A stretch of 24,462 nucleotides of DNA, taken from a virus (Duplodnaviria; Caudoviricetes). Shown in pieces: positions 1 through 9,275 of the stretch. Made by a program: the position numbers and the translations under genes. The stretch's first letter is position 1. Each line of letters starts with the position of its first letter. The notes below the pieces were generated by a model. The model ran no database searches and was not told the origin of the DNA. It was given only the letters and a program-made list of their open reading frames with translations. The stretch covers positions 1 through 24,462 of IMG/VR virus record IMGVR_UViG_3300037070_000817. One strand, written 5' to 3'.

Positions 1-3000
1 AGGGTGAAGATAGGAATGAGGAAGCCGTCAAGGGCATCCCAGATCGCACCGAAGATCGCGCTGATCACGTCCCATGAAGTGCTAATGACGGCGACGATCA
101 CGTCCCAGGCCGTCGAGATGACGGTGCCAAGGATTTCGAAGCCCAGTTGGATCGCATCGATGACGGGCCGTATCCCCGTCTCGTACAAGGTGGTGAGCGC
201 CCCAACGAACGGACCGAACACGTGATCCGAGAGCCACTGACCCCAGCCCTCCAGGGTCCGAGCAATCGGAAGAATGATGTTGTCGTAGGCCCAGCCGCCC
301 ACGACCGATGCAAGGTTCTGGAAGAATCCGAAGATCTTGTCTCGCATGACCCACAGGCCAGCGATGATCGCTGCCGGAATGAGGATCGGCAACATGGGGA
401 GCGCCAGCGCCGCGAGGAGAATCTTCGTCCAGTGATCCCTGAACCAATCCACAACACCGGACGCCAGTTCCTTGACCCGCTCCCACGCCTTTCGGAACGG
501 CTCCGTGATCTTGTCGAACAGATCCATGGAGAGATCCTTGAACAAGGTTCCGAAGTCGAGATTGACTCCCATGTCCTCCAGCATCTTGGCAATGTCGTCT
601 TCAAGTTGCTTGTTCAGTGCCTCGATGTCGAACAGATCGCCCTCTGGCCCGAGCACGGTGTCGCCACCGAAGATCTCCATGTCCTCGGCCAGCGCTGCCG
701 CATCCATCATCCGATCAATGAAGTCAGGCTCCTTGATCTTGGCGAGATCGGCCTCGATGGAAGACACCATCGAAGTGAGGGCACCCTCCATGTCCCGGAT
801 GAGCGCTTGGATGTCGCTGTACGACTGCTCCAACTGGTCTAGCTTGTCCTGCTCAAGATCAAGCTGCGCGTTGATCGCCTCGCGCCCGTCACGGGCTGCC
901 TCTACCGCCGCCTCCTCGCGCTCGACCTGAGCGGCCAGACGGTCGTACTCCGGAGTGAGCGCTGCGACGATTGCTTGCTGTTCCTGGATCTGGGCAAGGA
1001 TCTGATCGAAGGGCATCTCGTGGACGCCATGAACAAGGCGCTCGATCTGACGCTCCAGTGGATCGAAGTTGATCGACTTGGTGAGTTCCAGGAAGCGACC
1101 CTCAAGATCCAGAGCATCCAGTTGATCTTGGATATCCTGAATCGTCCGAGCCGTCTCCGTAAGACCACCGCGCTGATCCTCCAGTGCTTGAATCTGAGCG
1201 TCATACACCGAGAGGATGTCGGACCCGGCCCCGGCTGCCCGGAGGCTCCCCTGCTCGCCCCGCAGAAGTTCGATCTCTCCGTTCAAGGCTGCGTACTTGT
1301 CCTTGATCTCATCGATCGAGATGCCCGCCTGCTCGAACTTCAAAAGTTCCAGGCGGAGGCGCTTCTGCGCCATCTCGTTCTCAAAGATCTGATCCTCCAT
1401 TGCCGTCATGCCCTCGATGGGAGTCTCGGCTAGCTCAGCGATCCGGTTGTTCGCCGCCTCGATGGTCGCCGCTACGGACTCAAAGGCATCACGGGACGAC
1501 TCAAGTTGAACCTCCAACTGTCGAAGTTGATTGTCCGCTGCCGCCAGCGAGCGCTCCCACACGCCAACGACTTGGTTCTGAGCCGCAATCTCGCGAGCGA
1601 GGTTCGGCAACTCAGCTTCAAGTTGGAGGATGGAATCCACCATGGCGTTGGCCGGTCCCCCCGAACCCGGAACGGCAGCGGACACCGTGCTGGCCTGCTC
1701 CCGAAGCTCCTGCTCGCGGAAGGACCGCGCCTTGGGATTGACCGCCATCCCAAAGGCGTCGAGTGCCTGAGTCGCAGAGAAGATCGCCCCACGGATTCCC
1801 CGCAAGCGCTCAAACTGATCGAGGATTGTCGAGATACCGGCAGTCACGTTGTCCACGAGCGACGGCGAGTGCCGTGCAAACGGATTCAAGTACTGGAGCA
1901 TCTCCCAGATTTGCGTGACAGCATCGGCTACGACCCGAGCTACGGCCTCCAGGGCACGAGCGAAGATCCCCGGCAACTGAGCGAACGCCCTACCGATACT
2001 CTCCACGATCTCAAAGACGTTCTCACGAAGATCGTCGTCAAGGATCAGAATGATGGCGGCGACTGCGGCGGCGACGAGTGCCGCCAGTGCCCAGACCGGA
2101 ACGCCCATGGCGATCAGGCCGGAGGTGGCCGCGGCGATCGCAGCGACGAACTGACCGATGAACAGTCGGATCAAGGGAATGACAGCAGTCTGCGCCAGCC
2201 AGATCAGAGCACTTGCCAAGGGAACGATCGCCTTTACGATCACAACCCTAGAGACATAGGTCACGAAGCCGCCGAGTACGCCCATCAACTGAGCGAACGA
2301 AGCAACGACAGCGAGCAGGGGGCCGACCAGGAACACGAACGCAGCGCCCAGGAGAATGATCTTCCTCGTGGTATCCGAGAGCTTGGCGAATCCGTCAGCC
2401 ATCTGAGCGAAGAATTGGATGACGCTCATGATCACCGGCATGAGAGGCAGGAACGCCTTAGCCATCGAGTTACGAATGGCGTTGGTCATGATGTCCCACT
2501 TGCGAGGGGACGATTCCAGAACCGCTTGCAACTCCTGTTGATACACCTTGTCGGTGCGAACCTGATCGCTGGTCGCCTCCATCGCCTTGGCAAAGATGCC
2601 GTTCTCATCGTTGAGATCGGCCATCAAGCGGGTGAACCTGTTGACCTGCCAACCACTCGACAGGATTCGGGTAGCGAAGTTCTGTGTCTCCAGCGTCGAC
2701 TCGGAGAAGGCCTTGGCGATCAGTTGCAGCTTCTCGACAGCATCCCGACCCATCCACTGATCGCTCGTGACCGTGATCCCGAGACGCCCGAGCACTTGCT
2801 CCATGTCCTGTGTGGGCGACACCAGGCGAGCAAGAATCGTGCGGAGAGCGTTACCGGCGTTGGCGGCGCTACCGGTGGCCGGGACGAGGGCTGCCGCCAA
2901 GGCTGCAAGCTCCTGGAACTCCAGACCGGCCGTGCGCGCCATGCTGCCCGACCGAACGAAGACATCGATCAACCCTTCCATGTTGATCGCCGTCTCGTTC

Positions 3001-3701
3001 TCGATGATGTTCAACATGGCAAGGTGCGTGCCAAGCTCACTAAGACCGTCGCCCGTCTGGATGGTCGAGAATTGCCACGCGGCCTGAATCGCGATCAAGG
3101 CTTCAGTGGCCTCGACAGCCTCCATCTCACCGAGGATCATCATTTCCAAGGTGGCCTTGACGTTGTTGCCCAGACCGGCACCGGCCGACCCGGCTTGCGC
3201 CCAGGCGGCGGCGATGTCGAGCACCTCAACCTGATGCACGCCGAACCGCGTGCTCAGAAGCTCAAACGTCCTGTCGAGAGCCTTCAATTCCTTGTTGGCC
3301 GTCGCCGCGTCCATCGACAGGTCGCCATACACCTTGCGGATTCGGACGCGACTCCGCTCCAAGTCCTGATTGAACTTGAACAGCGCCACCCCGGCGAGCC
3401 CCAGAGGTAGCGTGAAGTTGTAGATCAGTTGTCGGCCAACCCACTGAAGGTTCTTACCCGCCCTTACGAGCGGATTACCCGACAGCGAATCCAGAAACTT
3501 CTTGTGTACTGGAGCCAACTGCTTGAGGGCAGCGTGGATCTGCTTGAACCCACCACCCATGGCAGTGCCCAGGCCCGCGAATCGAGCCTGAGCACGCTGC
3601 GCCACTCGCTGAAGTCCGGTGATCTGATTGGCGGTCGCCTGGATCTGTTGCTGGGCCTGCCGACCCTGCGCCCGGATGATGATGGTCAGTGTGGCGTCCA
3701 C
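1..3701 (-). CDS. Tape measure protein (3' end truncated by the window, ~1233 codons in view)
   Basis: Missing from the ORF track, consistent with having no stop inside the window. GTG at 3701 follows GAGGTGA (MDATLTIIIRAQGRQAQQQ...). The same frame is open at the left edge (AIFGAIWDALDGFLIPIFT). Ala/Gly-rich helical sequence with Trp-spaced repeats, directly after the tail chaperone genes. Confidence 0.93.
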   Translation of the reverse strand, partial: MDATLTIIIRAQGRQAQQQIQATANQITGLQRVAQRAQARFAGLGTAMGGGFKQIHAALKQLAPVHKKFLDSLSGNPLVRAGKNLQWVGRQLIYNFTLPLGLAGVALFKFNQDLERSRVRIRKVYGDLSMDAATANKELKALDRTFELLSTRFGVHQVEVLDIAAAWAQAGSAGAGLGNNVKATLEMMILGEMEAVEATEALIAIQAAWQFSTIQTGDGLSELGTHLAMLNIIENETAINMEGLIDVFVRSGSMARTAGLEFQELAALAAALVPATGSAANAGNALRTILARLVSPTQDMEQVLGRLGITVTSDQWMGRDAVEKLQLIAKAFSESTLETQNFATRILSSGWQVNRFTRLMADLNDENGIFAKAMEATSDQVRTDKVYQQELQAVLESSPRKWDIMTNAIRNSMAKAFLPLMPVIMSVIQFFAQMADGFAKLSDTTRKIILLGAAFVFLVGPLLAVVASFAQLMGVLGGFVTYVSRVVIVKAIVPLASALIWLAQTAVIPLIRLFIGQFVAAIAAATSGLIAMGVPVWALAALVAAAVAAIILILDDDLRENVFEIVESIGRAFAQLPGIFARALEAVARVVADAVTQIWEMLQYLNPFARHSPSLVDNVTAGISTILDQFERLRGIRGAIFSATQALDAFGMAVNPKARSFREQELREQASTVSAAVPGSGGPANAMVDSILQLEAELPNLAREIAAQNQVVGVWERSLAAADNQLRQLEVQLESSRDAFESVAATIEAANNRIAELAETPIEGMTAMEDQIFENEMAQKRLRLELLKFEQAGISIDEIKDKYAALNGEIELLRGEQGSLRAAGAGSDILSVYDAQIQALEDQRGGLTETARTIQDIQDQLDALDLEGRFLELTKSINFDPLERQIERLVHGVHEMPFDQILAQIQEQQAIVAALTPEYDRLAAQVEREEAAVEAARDGREAINAQLDLEQDKLDQLEQSYSDIQALIRDMEGALTSMVSSIEADLAKIKEPDFIDRMMDAAALAEDMEIFGGDTVLGPEGDLFDIEALNKQLEDDIAKMLEDMGVNLDFGTLFKDLSMDLFDKITEPFRKAWERVKELASGVVDWFRDHWTKILLAALALPMLPILIPAAIIAGLWVMRDKIFGFFQNLASVVGGWAYDNIILPIARTLEGWGQWLSDHVFGPFVGALTTLYETGIRPVIDAIQLGFEILGTVISTAWDVIVAVISTSWDVISAIFGAIWDALDGFLIPIFT

Positions 3702-3707
3702 GTCACC

Positions 3708-3998
3708 TCACCGCCGTCGCCCGCGCCCTCCGCCCGAGCGCGACGCCGCTGGCTTGCGACGGTTGCTCCGGGCTTCCTTAGCTTTCTTGTCACGTTCGAC
3801 CTGCACTTCGATGGAATGGATTATGTAGAAGTCATCCAATAGCTTGGGAGACTGATCGTAGATCCCTCCCATGACCGGAAGGTGATTCCATTCCCACGAC
3901 TTGCAGAGGACATAGAGTCTCAAGGATTCGTGGATAGGACCCTCAATGGGCTTCTCTCGGCAATATTGACGGGCCTGCGTCTCTAGGACGCTTTTCCC
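3708..3998 (-). CDS. Tail assembly chaperone, -1 frameshift extension (gpT-like part)
   Basis: The -1 frame is open from the slippery site to TGA at 3708 (GKSVLETQARQYCREKPIEGPIHESLRLYVLCKSWEWNHLPVMGGIYDQ...). It lies between the chaperone and the tape measure gene. Confidence 0.85.
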   Translation of the reverse strand, partial: GKSVLETQARQYCREKPIEGPIHESLRLYVLCKSWEWNHLPVMGGIYDQSPKLLDDFYIIHSIEVQVERDKKAKEARSNRRKPAASRSGGGRGRRR

Positions 3999-4531
3999 TC
4001 CGCCTCCGCGACCTTGCGCTCACGGAGCTTCTGAAGTTCTGCGATCTGCTCATCGATGCCCTCGACGGTGATCTCCGCCATGAGCCACGGGTTGTGCTCG
4101 CGGACATCCTTCTCGATGATGTCGATGATCTTCGGGTTGGACGAATCCAGGAACTTGCGGAGGTTCGTCTCGTTGAACTCGATGGGCTGAAGCTCCCCGG
4201 TCGTCTTGTGCGCCGTGACGAGGCTCCACCCCTTGATCGCCGTCAAGAGAAGGTTGTAGCGCTCATCGCCAGACGCCACCTTCATCTTGGCGTCACCGGA
4301 TACTCGCTCGACCGTCACCTCGCGGTTGGCCTTGTTGAGGTACTGGCGACGGTCACCTTCGTTGAAGGAACGGTGCTGGACCCATGACACGCCGTCAGGC
4401 AGCGTCACGGTGTATACCTCCGAGAAGCCGAAGTAATCGGCCTGGACGGAGATGTCGGGATTCACACCGGCTGCGACCATGGCAGCCCGAGCGCTATCTG
4501 CGGGGGTGGGGAGTGTGTCTGTGTCTTCCAT
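3983..4531 (-). CDS. Tail assembly chaperone (gpG-like), 182 aa
   Basis: AGGAGG RBS. Sits between tail tube and tape measure. Contains an 'IKGWSL' chaperone-type motif and ends in a slippery site. Confidence 0.88.
   Translation of the reverse strand: MEDTDTLPTPADSARAAMVAAGVNPDISVQADYFGFSEVYTVTLPDGVSWVQHRSFNEGDRRQYLNKANREVTVERVSGDAKMKVASGDERYNLLLTAIKGWSLVTAHKTTGELQPIEFNETNLRKFLDSSNPKIIDIIEKDVREHNPWLMAEITVEGIDEQIAELQKLRERKVAEAEGKAS
3992..3998 (-). other. Programmed -1 ribosomal frameshift slippery heptamer G GGA AAA
   Basis: The minus strand reads GAG GGA AAA GCG TCC TAG, an in-register X XXY YYZ two codons before the chaperone stop. A -1 slip joins the 3708 ORF, giving a ~274-aa product. Confidence 0.88.
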
Positions 4532-4569
4532 TTGTGGCCTCCTGAGCCTTTGTTGGATTGGTATTCAGA

Positions 4570-5595
4570 TCAAGCGATGGTGGGGTAGCTGTTCAGGATC
4601 GTCACCGTTGCGACCGGGGTCGCGAGAGAGGGACGGAGCGCCCGGATCTCGATGTCATGCTCGATCACGTCATCGCCGGAAGGGTCGAGACTGAACGGCG
4701 CGATCGCGGCCTGCGGAATCGTGATCGTCATGTTGTACTTAATGCCCGCGGTAGCGCCGGGAATATCTTCGTACGTCTCGACTTCGATCTCCACGTCGTC
4801 CTTGAACGACTGCCCGAGAGGAGCGGTGGCCACCGGGGACCCCCACATGGCCGTGCGCCACAGAGCGGAGTCCTGCGGCCGGATGGTGACGGACGCCGTG
4901 ATCTCACGCCGCTTCTCGACCAGATCGCCCAGGAAGAATCCGCACAGGCGGTAGTCGTCATCTTCGAGGTTGTTGTTGATGTCGAGGCTGAACGACTTGG
5001 CGGGAAGATCGACGCCACCCCAACGAACGCACACGTTCGTGCCCACCAGCAACGGCGACGAGTCGAGTCGTTGGTTGGCGATGATCGTGGGAGAGGCTTC
5101 CAACTCTTGCTCCAGCGCGATGAGGCCGACCGTGCCCATGAGGTAACCGTTGGCGTCGGCCTCCAGATGGAGCGTGTTGACCTTGGCGTCGGTGTACCGG
5201 AACGCCTCGTAGCCGTCAGCGATCTTCTCTTCGACCGACAGCCAAGGAATGGTCGTCGCGGCCGGAGTGATCGTGTGCAGGAAGCCAGTCGGGGCCGTGC
5301 CGGACACGATGCTCGTACCGAGAGCACCCTTCATCCACGTGGCGAGCGACTCCATGCGTGCGTAGAAGTCGTACTCCCCGGAGTACGAGATCGGGCCAAG
5401 CTGAGCATCGGGAATGTCCCGGCTGCCGCCGATCTCAGGGTCCGGGATGAGCAGTTCGCGGTTGCCACCGAGAGCGCCGGACCGGAAGAAGATGAAGACG
5501 CCTTGGTTCGGCGCAACAGCACCGGGGCTCAGGTACGTCCCCTTGACCGCCTGGGTCTTGACCCCGACGTGACCAGCTTGAGACATGAATCCCAT
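4570..5595 (-). CDS. Major tail (tube) protein, 341 aa
   Basis: Beta-rich sequence with tail-tube-type motifs (WLSVEEKI, YTDAKVNTLHLE, KSFSLDINNNLE, KRREITASVT). Position immediately before the chaperone. TAATG overlap with the upstream gene. Confidence 0.88.
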   Translation of the reverse strand: MGFMSQAGHVGVKTQAVKGTYLSPGAVAPNQGVFIFFRSGALGGNRELLIPDPEIGGSRDIPDAQLGPISYSGEYDFYARMESLATWMKGALGTSIVSGTAPTGFLHTITPAATTIPWLSVEEKIADGYEAFRYTDAKVNTLHLEADANGYLMGTVGLIALEQELEASPTIIANQRLDSSPLLVGTNVCVRWGGVDLPAKSFSLDINNNLEDDDYRLCGFFLGDLVEKRREITASVTIRPQDSALWRTAMWGSPVATAPLGQSFKDDVEIEVETYEDIPGATAGIKYNMTITIPQAAIAPFSLDPSGDDVIEHDIEIRALRPSLATPVATVTILNSYPTIA

Positions 5596-5924
5596 TACTT
5601 GCTGCCCTTCTGTGCGTCAGCCGCAGACTCTTGGGCTGCGACGGCCTTGGCAAGGTCTTCCTTGCTGAGCTTGTCCGCGTCGGGGACGGAGGTCGGCAGT
5701 TCGTTCACCGGAGGCTCGACCGGAGCGGCGGCGGGGACCGAAGGCTCAGGAACGGCCCGCAGGCGCTCCAGTTCCTCGCGCAAGTGGTCAGCCTCGGCAT
5801 CGAGAGCCGCACCGCGGTACTCATCCACGCCGTCCGCGACGCTCTGGGCATTGGCGGTTCGCTGCTCACGGATCTGCTCCCTGAGAGCATCCACCTCGGC
5901 TCGCTTCTCATCAACCGTACTCAT
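5595..5924 (-). CDS. Hypothetical coiled-coil protein, 109 aa
   Basis: Start moved to ATG 5924, which has an AAGGAG RBS and an ATGA overlap with the upstream stop. Confidence 0.75.
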   Translation of the reverse strand: MSTVDEKRAEVDALREQIREQRTANAQSVADGVDEYRGAALDAEADHLREELERLRAVPEPSVPAAAPVEPPVNELPTSVPDADKLSKEDLAKAVAAQESAADAQKGSK

Positions 5925-6397
5925 GGCGCTCCTTGTGGTGTCGTCTCGGTCTGAATGACCAAATCGGTAGTGCATAGGAAGGTGAACCCGATATCCAACC
6001 GGGAGGCCAGGAAGTCTTGCCTTTGCACGTTGTACTTCTTCACTCGCTCTACCGATCCGAAAAGGACTTCAGCTAGTCCCAGCAAAGCTACACGGAGGCC
6101 GTCGTCTCGATACAGTATTGCCCTGATCGAGCGACAGTCCGCACCGTGCAGCCTGCGACCCTCGATGTCATCACCATGAACCAAGACGTTGGCGATTTGG
6201 ACGATGTAGTTGTTCAATGTCGGCTCGTTCTGGCCGATCAAGTGCGAGTCGACGGCAGGCAGCCATGTCGTCGGGTAGACACCGATCGTGTTGCTATCAA
6301 GCGCGCTCAACGGGCGCGGTTCGACCAAGATCTCCGAGTTCATCAAGTTCTTCATTGACGCAACGATCGGATCTACGAAGTCCATCGGGAAGCTCAT
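5921..6397 (-). CDS. Putative tail terminator/completion protein, 158 aa
   Basis: Start moved to ATG 6397 (ATGA overlap). Size and position between the neck genes and tail tube; function inferred from gene order. Confidence 0.65.
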   Translation of the reverse strand: MSFPMDFVDPIVASMKNLMNSEILVEPRPLSALDSNTIGVYPTTWLPAVDSHLIGQNEPTLNNYIVQIANVLVHGDDIEGRRLHGADCRSIRAILYRDDGLRVALLGLAEVLFGSVERVKKYNVQRQDFLASRLDIGFTFLCTTDLVIQTETTPQGAP

Positions 6398-7005
6398 GGC
6401 ACTGGCGGTCCCTGAATCGCGCCAGCCATCAAGTTTATCGTCCCCATGATGTGAAGCTGCAAGGCAACCATCAGTGCTGCCACGTCTCGCCGTCCGACCC
6501 ACAGGATCGGGCGAGGCACCGTAAGCGCGTTCGGCATCATGTCGTCTTCGCCCTGAACGTCACCGAACTCCGACACCATCAACTTGGAACGGAGAACCGG
6601 ATCGATCTGCGTACCCGGAATCATCAAGAACGCACCACCGGCTCCATCCAAGCCGACCTGCTTGGTGTAGAGCAGGGCAGAGAGCATCGCTCCGGTGCGC
6701 TCGTTGGGCGTATCGGGGTCGTAGCCCATCGCAAGCCTGATCCGTCGCGTCGACTCCTCCAGCGGTGCCCAGGTCCCACCGGGCACACCCTCCCCACCGT
6801 TCGCAGCGAAGCGCCGGATGATACTGGCCTGCATGATCGGGTGCGCCACATAGTTCATGAAGTGCGCCAACCTGATACCAGAAGTGGCGAACTCAACTGC
6901 CCCTAAGAGCTTGTAAGCCTCGTGAGCGTCGACATCGATCGAGAAGCCCGCCTGGAGATTGCCTCCGCCGCGAGGAAGCCGAACCCCGGTCGAGATGAGC
7001 GCCAT
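6394..7005 (-). CDS. Phage virion morphogenesis protein (Mu gpG / tail-S-like), 203 aa
   Basis: Motifs RRF...GGTWAPLEESTRRIR, NERTGAMLSAL and VPRPILW resemble the Mu G family pattern. Confidence 0.75.
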   Translation of the reverse strand: MALISTGVRLPRGGGNLQAGFSIDVDAHEAYKLLGAVEFATSGIRLAHFMNYVAHPIMQASIIRRFAANGGEGVPGGTWAPLEESTRRIRLAMGYDPDTPNERTGAMLSALLYTKQVGLDGAGGAFLMIPGTQIDPVLRSKLMVSEFGDVQGEDDMMPNALTVPRPILWVGRRDVAALMVALQLHIMGTINLMAGAIQGPPVP

Positions 7006-7006
7006 G

Positions 7007-7561
7007 TCACTCGGGCCTCGGGCCAGGAATCCAGGGAACGGCCTCGCAAGGGTAATTGTCCGTCATGTAGTTGTCTTCGAAGGCAGCCACAGCAGCGAAG
7101 TCGTCTCGGTTCTTCCCTCCCGGAACGAACGCCATGGGATCGATGCTCGTCGGCGGGTCCACGGGCTCATCTGGATTACCTTCAGAGTCCACAGTCGGAG
7201 CGGCCAGGTTAACTTCCTGATTGGCAATCGCCATCAAGGTAACCTCGGCCTCACGCACCAGATACAAGCCGTACTGGTGAACGGTCGAGTCCTCATGCCC
7301 AATCGCGGCGGCAAGGATGATCCGGCCGCTGGCGAGCTTGGCGCAGACGTGCTTGAGAAGAAGTACCTGCGGAACCGGGAGCGCCACCAGTGGCGGGTCC
7401 GGCTCTGGGTCGACGTTGATCGGCGTGACGTACACGAAGCCGATCTTGGAGTCCATCTCCTCCGCTGCGTGCTTGACGAACTCAGCCGGGTCAATCTGGG
7501 ACGGCAAGCGACCCTGGAGGTTCCCGAGTAACAGGTCGCCTACTTCACAGTAGTAAGACAT
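7007..7561 (-). CDS. Head-to-tail adaptor (Mu gp36/DUF1320-like), 184 aa
   Basis: YCEVGDL...AAEEMDSKIGFVYVTPI...LLKHVCAKLA...AEVTLMAIANQEVNL matches the gp36-like pattern. Downstream of the capsid gene. Confidence 0.78.
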   Translation of the reverse strand: MSYYCEVGDLLLGNLQGRLPSQIDPAEFVKHAAEEMDSKIGFVYVTPINVDPEPDPPLVALPVPQVLLLKHVCAKLASGRIILAAAIGHEDSTVHQYGLYLVREAEVTLMAIANQEVNLAAPTVDSEGNPDEPVDPPTSIDPMAFVPGGKNRDDFAAVAAFEDNYMTDNYPCEAVPWIPGPRPE

Positions 7562-7572
7562 GAGTCACCCCA

Positions 7573-7614
7573 GGGGGGCCGACTCACCACCCCCGCGGGA
7601 TGAGTCGGCCCCCC
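7573..7614 (-). terminator. Strong intergenic hairpin ending the head-gene block
   Basis: Perfect 14-bp stem GGGGGGCCGACTCA (7573-7586) / TGAGTCGGCCCCCC (7601-7614), 4 nt past the stop at 7619. No U-tract. Confidence 0.65.
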
Positions 7615-7618
7615 GAGA

Positions 7619-8089
7619 TCAGCCTTCGGCTGCTTCGACGGCAGCACGAAGCTCGTCGTAGTCCATGGTGGACCGCCCGGCGATCTCCAGTTCGGTTGCC
7701 CGTGCGTAGAGTTCCGTCTTGGTCGGCTCATCGTCCGGATCGCCCGGATCGGAAGCCACAGAAGCGGACGGCCCGGACTTGCTGACCCGAGATGATCCCG
7801 GCCCGCCAACGCCCGTTTCGCGCTCGCCCACCCAGTCCTGGAAGGACTGGACTTCCTTCTGGGGCTGCGCCATGGCCTCTTCGTGCTCCTTGCAGCGCTG
7901 GCGCATTTCGATGTCCGGATCTTCGTCGTGATCCGCGACCGGCGCGTCCGTCTCGTAGGCGGAGTGCTTGGAATCCGGTGCAGCGCCGACGTAATTCTCG
8001 TCGTACTCGCGGACTCCGGAATCGGCAAGCGACTCTTCGTATGCCTCCTGGCGCTCTTCCTCGGTCAGTTCTTCCTCGACTTGTGCCAT
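7619..8089 (-). CDS. Acidic protein with C-terminal Rho-N/HeH-like domain, 156 aa
   Basis: AAGGAGA RBS. C-terminal PTKTELYARATELEIAGRSTMDYDELRAAV is typical of the Rho termination factor N-terminal-like helix-extension-helix, often found after capsid genes. Confidence 0.75.
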   Translation of the reverse strand: MAQVEEELTEEERQEAYEESLADSGVREYDENYVGAAPDSKHSAYETDAPVADHDEDPDIEMRQRCKEHEEAMAQPQKEVQSFQDWVGERETGVGGPGSSRVSKSGPSASVASDPGDPDDEPTKTELYARATELEIAGRSTMDYDELRAAVEAAEG

Positions 8090-8129
8090 GTTGTTCTCCT
8101 TGGTAACGAGGGTCGGTCGGTGCCCGCCG

Positions 8130-9263
8130 TCAGGCGAGCACGACCATCGAGAAGGTCAGTTCCATGTGCGGGAAGACAGGGAACGCCTTGATGCCGGTGC
8201 CACGGTTGACACCCCAGGGATCGGTCGTCTCCTGCTCCCACTCGTAGTACCCCGGCTGCCAGTTACCCTCCGGGTGCGGCGACGTGAGGGTCTTGCCGAA
8301 CCCGATGAGGGTGTCGTCCAGATCTTCCAGGTCGTCGTTGTTGGGGAGGAAGAGCATGGTGTTCTGGGGGAAGAAGCGGTTGTTCGTGATCGTCGTGCTG
8401 CCGACCGGACGGGTCCGGTACACCGAGTCGTACTCGATGAAGGTCACGTTCGTGGCGCGCTCGACCACCTGCTTCGCTGCCTGCGGTCCCCAACCGTCCA
8501 TGACGTAGTTGAGATCCACCGGGTCGGAGCCGGTCACGTTGACCATGCCCGACCGTGCGATGAACCGATCGCTGTTCATGAAGCTGTTGAGGATCTTGCG
8601 GGAAGCCAAGATCCGGTCCATGCGGACGCCGTAGGTGTCGAACATGAACTCCTGAACGGTGAGGATCTCACCGATCGGGTCGGAAGTCGTGGCCGAGAAG
8701 AGCGACCCGACCGGAGCCTCGTCGTGCTGGCCCGCGGGACGCCCGTAGTCGACGGTGAACTTGATCTTGCCGTCGTCGTAGGCGATACCGCCCGTCGACA
8801 GAGCAGTCATGATCATCCACTCGATCCGGTTGTCCAGCTTGCGGCGGCGGAGTGCGTCGTCGCGAGCGACCTTGTTCCGGAACTCCTCCGCGTTGGAGGC
8901 GATCGTCAGCGGAACGTCAGTGACGCCGAGACGACTCTGGATGAGGGCACCCTCCCGGTAGCGGCTCACGTCGCTAGCCGAGTAGTGATCCTTCAGCGCC
9001 CAGTCGAGCACGGCTGCCCGCCCGGTCCCGCCGAAGATCAAGTCCTTCTGGGCAAGCTCAGACTCCGCGTCCTCGGCTCGTGCCGGGGCCAGACCATCGG
9101 TCAGCCCCTTGGCGAAGTCGAAGATCACGTCATCGTTCGCGACTTCCAGGAACGGTGCGATGAGACGTGTGCCGATGTGGTTCAACGGCGGCTCCAAGGA
9201 CCGAATGGTCCCGAGAGCAGTCTCCTTGCGGATCAATCGATCCTGGGGCGGAAAAACAGCCAT
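8130..9263 (-). CDS. Major capsid protein (lambda gpE-like family), 377 aa
   Basis: GAGAGGT RBS. Motifs RIEWMIMTALSTG, VDYGRP, YDSVY, FFPQNTMLFLP and PVFP. Follows the scaffold and decoration genes. Confidence 0.92.
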   Translation of the reverse strand: MAVFPPQDRLIRKETALGTIRSLEPPLNHIGTRLIAPFLEVANDDVIFDFAKGLTDGLAPARAEDAESELAQKDLIFGGTGRAAVLDWALKDHYSASDVSRYREGALIQSRLGVTDVPLTIASNAEEFRNKVARDDALRRRKLDNRIEWMIMTALSTGGIAYDDGKIKFTVDYGRPAGQHDEAPVGSLFSATTSDPIGEILTVQEFMFDTYGVRMDRILASRKILNSFMNSDRFIARSGMVNVTGSDPVDLNYVMDGWGPQAAKQVVERATNVTFIEYDSVYRTRPVGSTTITNNRFFPQNTMLFLPNNDDLEDLDDTLIGFGKTLTSPHPEGNWQPGYYEWEQETTDPWGVNRGTGIKAFPVFPHMELTFSMVVLA

Positions 9264-9275
9264 GTCAGGTACCTC

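Noticed and set aside
1506-3410. 634-aa plus-strand ORF, and the other plus-strand ORFs in 4-3842
   Set aside because: Antisense shadow of the tape measure gene; Arg/Asp/His-rich composition is typical of high-GC reverse frames.
4558-5958. 466-aa plus-strand ORF
   Set aside because: Shadow of the tail tube and its neighbour; no motifs recognised.
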